Part shown: positions 63,281-64,000 of the stretch, in pieces
How the letters are laid out: every line of letters starts with the position of its first letter
Numbering within the stretch: position 1 is the stretch's first letter
Translations under genes and position numbers: made by a program
The notes under the pieces: generated by a model
What the model was told of the DNA's origin: nothing
Seen by the model: the letters and a program-made list of their open reading frames with translations, nothing else
Database searches by the model: none
DNA from: Octopus sinensis
Lineage: Eukaryota
Reading direction: 5' to 3'
Assembly (NCBI RefSeq): GCF_006345805.1
Contig: NC_043002.1
Span: forward strand, 58,218,001-58,282,000
DNA: 64,000 nucleotides

Positions 63281-63805
63281 TCACTCTATATATAAATGGC
63301 AGTTTGTCTGTCTGTGTGTCTGTGTGTCTGTCAGGTTGTACCCTCGCCCTGACCACGGCTTTCAACCGATTCTGATGAATCTTGACACACATATAGCTCA
63401 ATGTCATAATTCAAAACTAACGCAGCGAAAAGTTTGAAAAGTTCCCCCAGTTCTGAAAAAAATCGATAAATTCGACATGGGGTCGAGAATCTAAGCTTTT
63501 TATTTGCAACAGATTTTCTGTTGTAGTTTCTGCAACTTGCAATCGATTTTCACCAAACTCATGGTGAAGCTTAATGTTACCCTAAGAAACTTAATTCTGA
63601 CGTTAGTTTTCCATGCAATACCTTACCATCACAAAAAAAATCGATAAAATCATGCCACTTTGGGAAATCGCGTTCAAATTCAAGATAACATATTTTCGAC
63701 AATATCTTTCACAATTTGGCAGGAAATTTTTAAAAATTCACAGCGAGCATCATGTCTGCTCCAGGGGCTCTTACATACCCGGACAATGCCGGGCTATGCT
63801 GCTAG
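63281..63805 (+). mobile_element. Non-autonomous Helitron (~525 bp)
   Basis: 5' A|TCACTCTATATATAAATGG followed by a (TGTC)n tract. 3' hairpin CCCGG-ACAATG-CCGGG (63,778-63,793), 8 nt before terminal CTAG|T. Inserted between A and T with no TSD. Confidence 0.82.
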
Positions 63806-64000
63806 TAATATATAAATATATGCATATATACATGCATATATGTACATATCTACATACATATGTATATATAGATACATATATGGGTACAGGACGTCGAAAA
63901 CACGTGAACAAAATGAGAAACGAGAACATAAAAAACAAAAACATAGAAAACGAACTTTTTTTCGAACAACGAAAGAAACACAGAGAAACGAGACAGGCAA

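Overview
Eukaryotic, AT-rich, repeat-saturated DNA with no recognisable cellular gene, rRNA, tRNA gene or CRISPR array. SINE fragments match consensus sequences I recall from Octopus genomes, so the source is probably an octopus (inference, not searched). Positions 1-37,462 are one tandem satellite array of a 30-bp monomer with nested higher-order structure; all long + strand ORFs there are artefacts of the 30-bp period. Positions 37.7-53.5 kb are a nest of at least four distinct R4/Dong-like non-LTR retrotransposon lineages (RT, CCHC finger, restriction-like endonuclease). Every copy abuts (TAA)n in the same strand polarity. The nest includes a near full-length 3.9-kb copy, a 553-bp non-coding TAA-flanked element and a ~2.4-kb block duplicated across a 100-N gap. 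Positions 53.5-64 kb hold CR1-like LINE fragments, two Penelope-like GIY-YIG remnants each with a type I hammerhead ribozyme, two abutting mariner transposons, two non-autonomous Helitron-like elements, SINEs and (TA)n microsatellites. Frequent 1-bp indels suggest long-read consensus errors, so many frameshifts may not be real.
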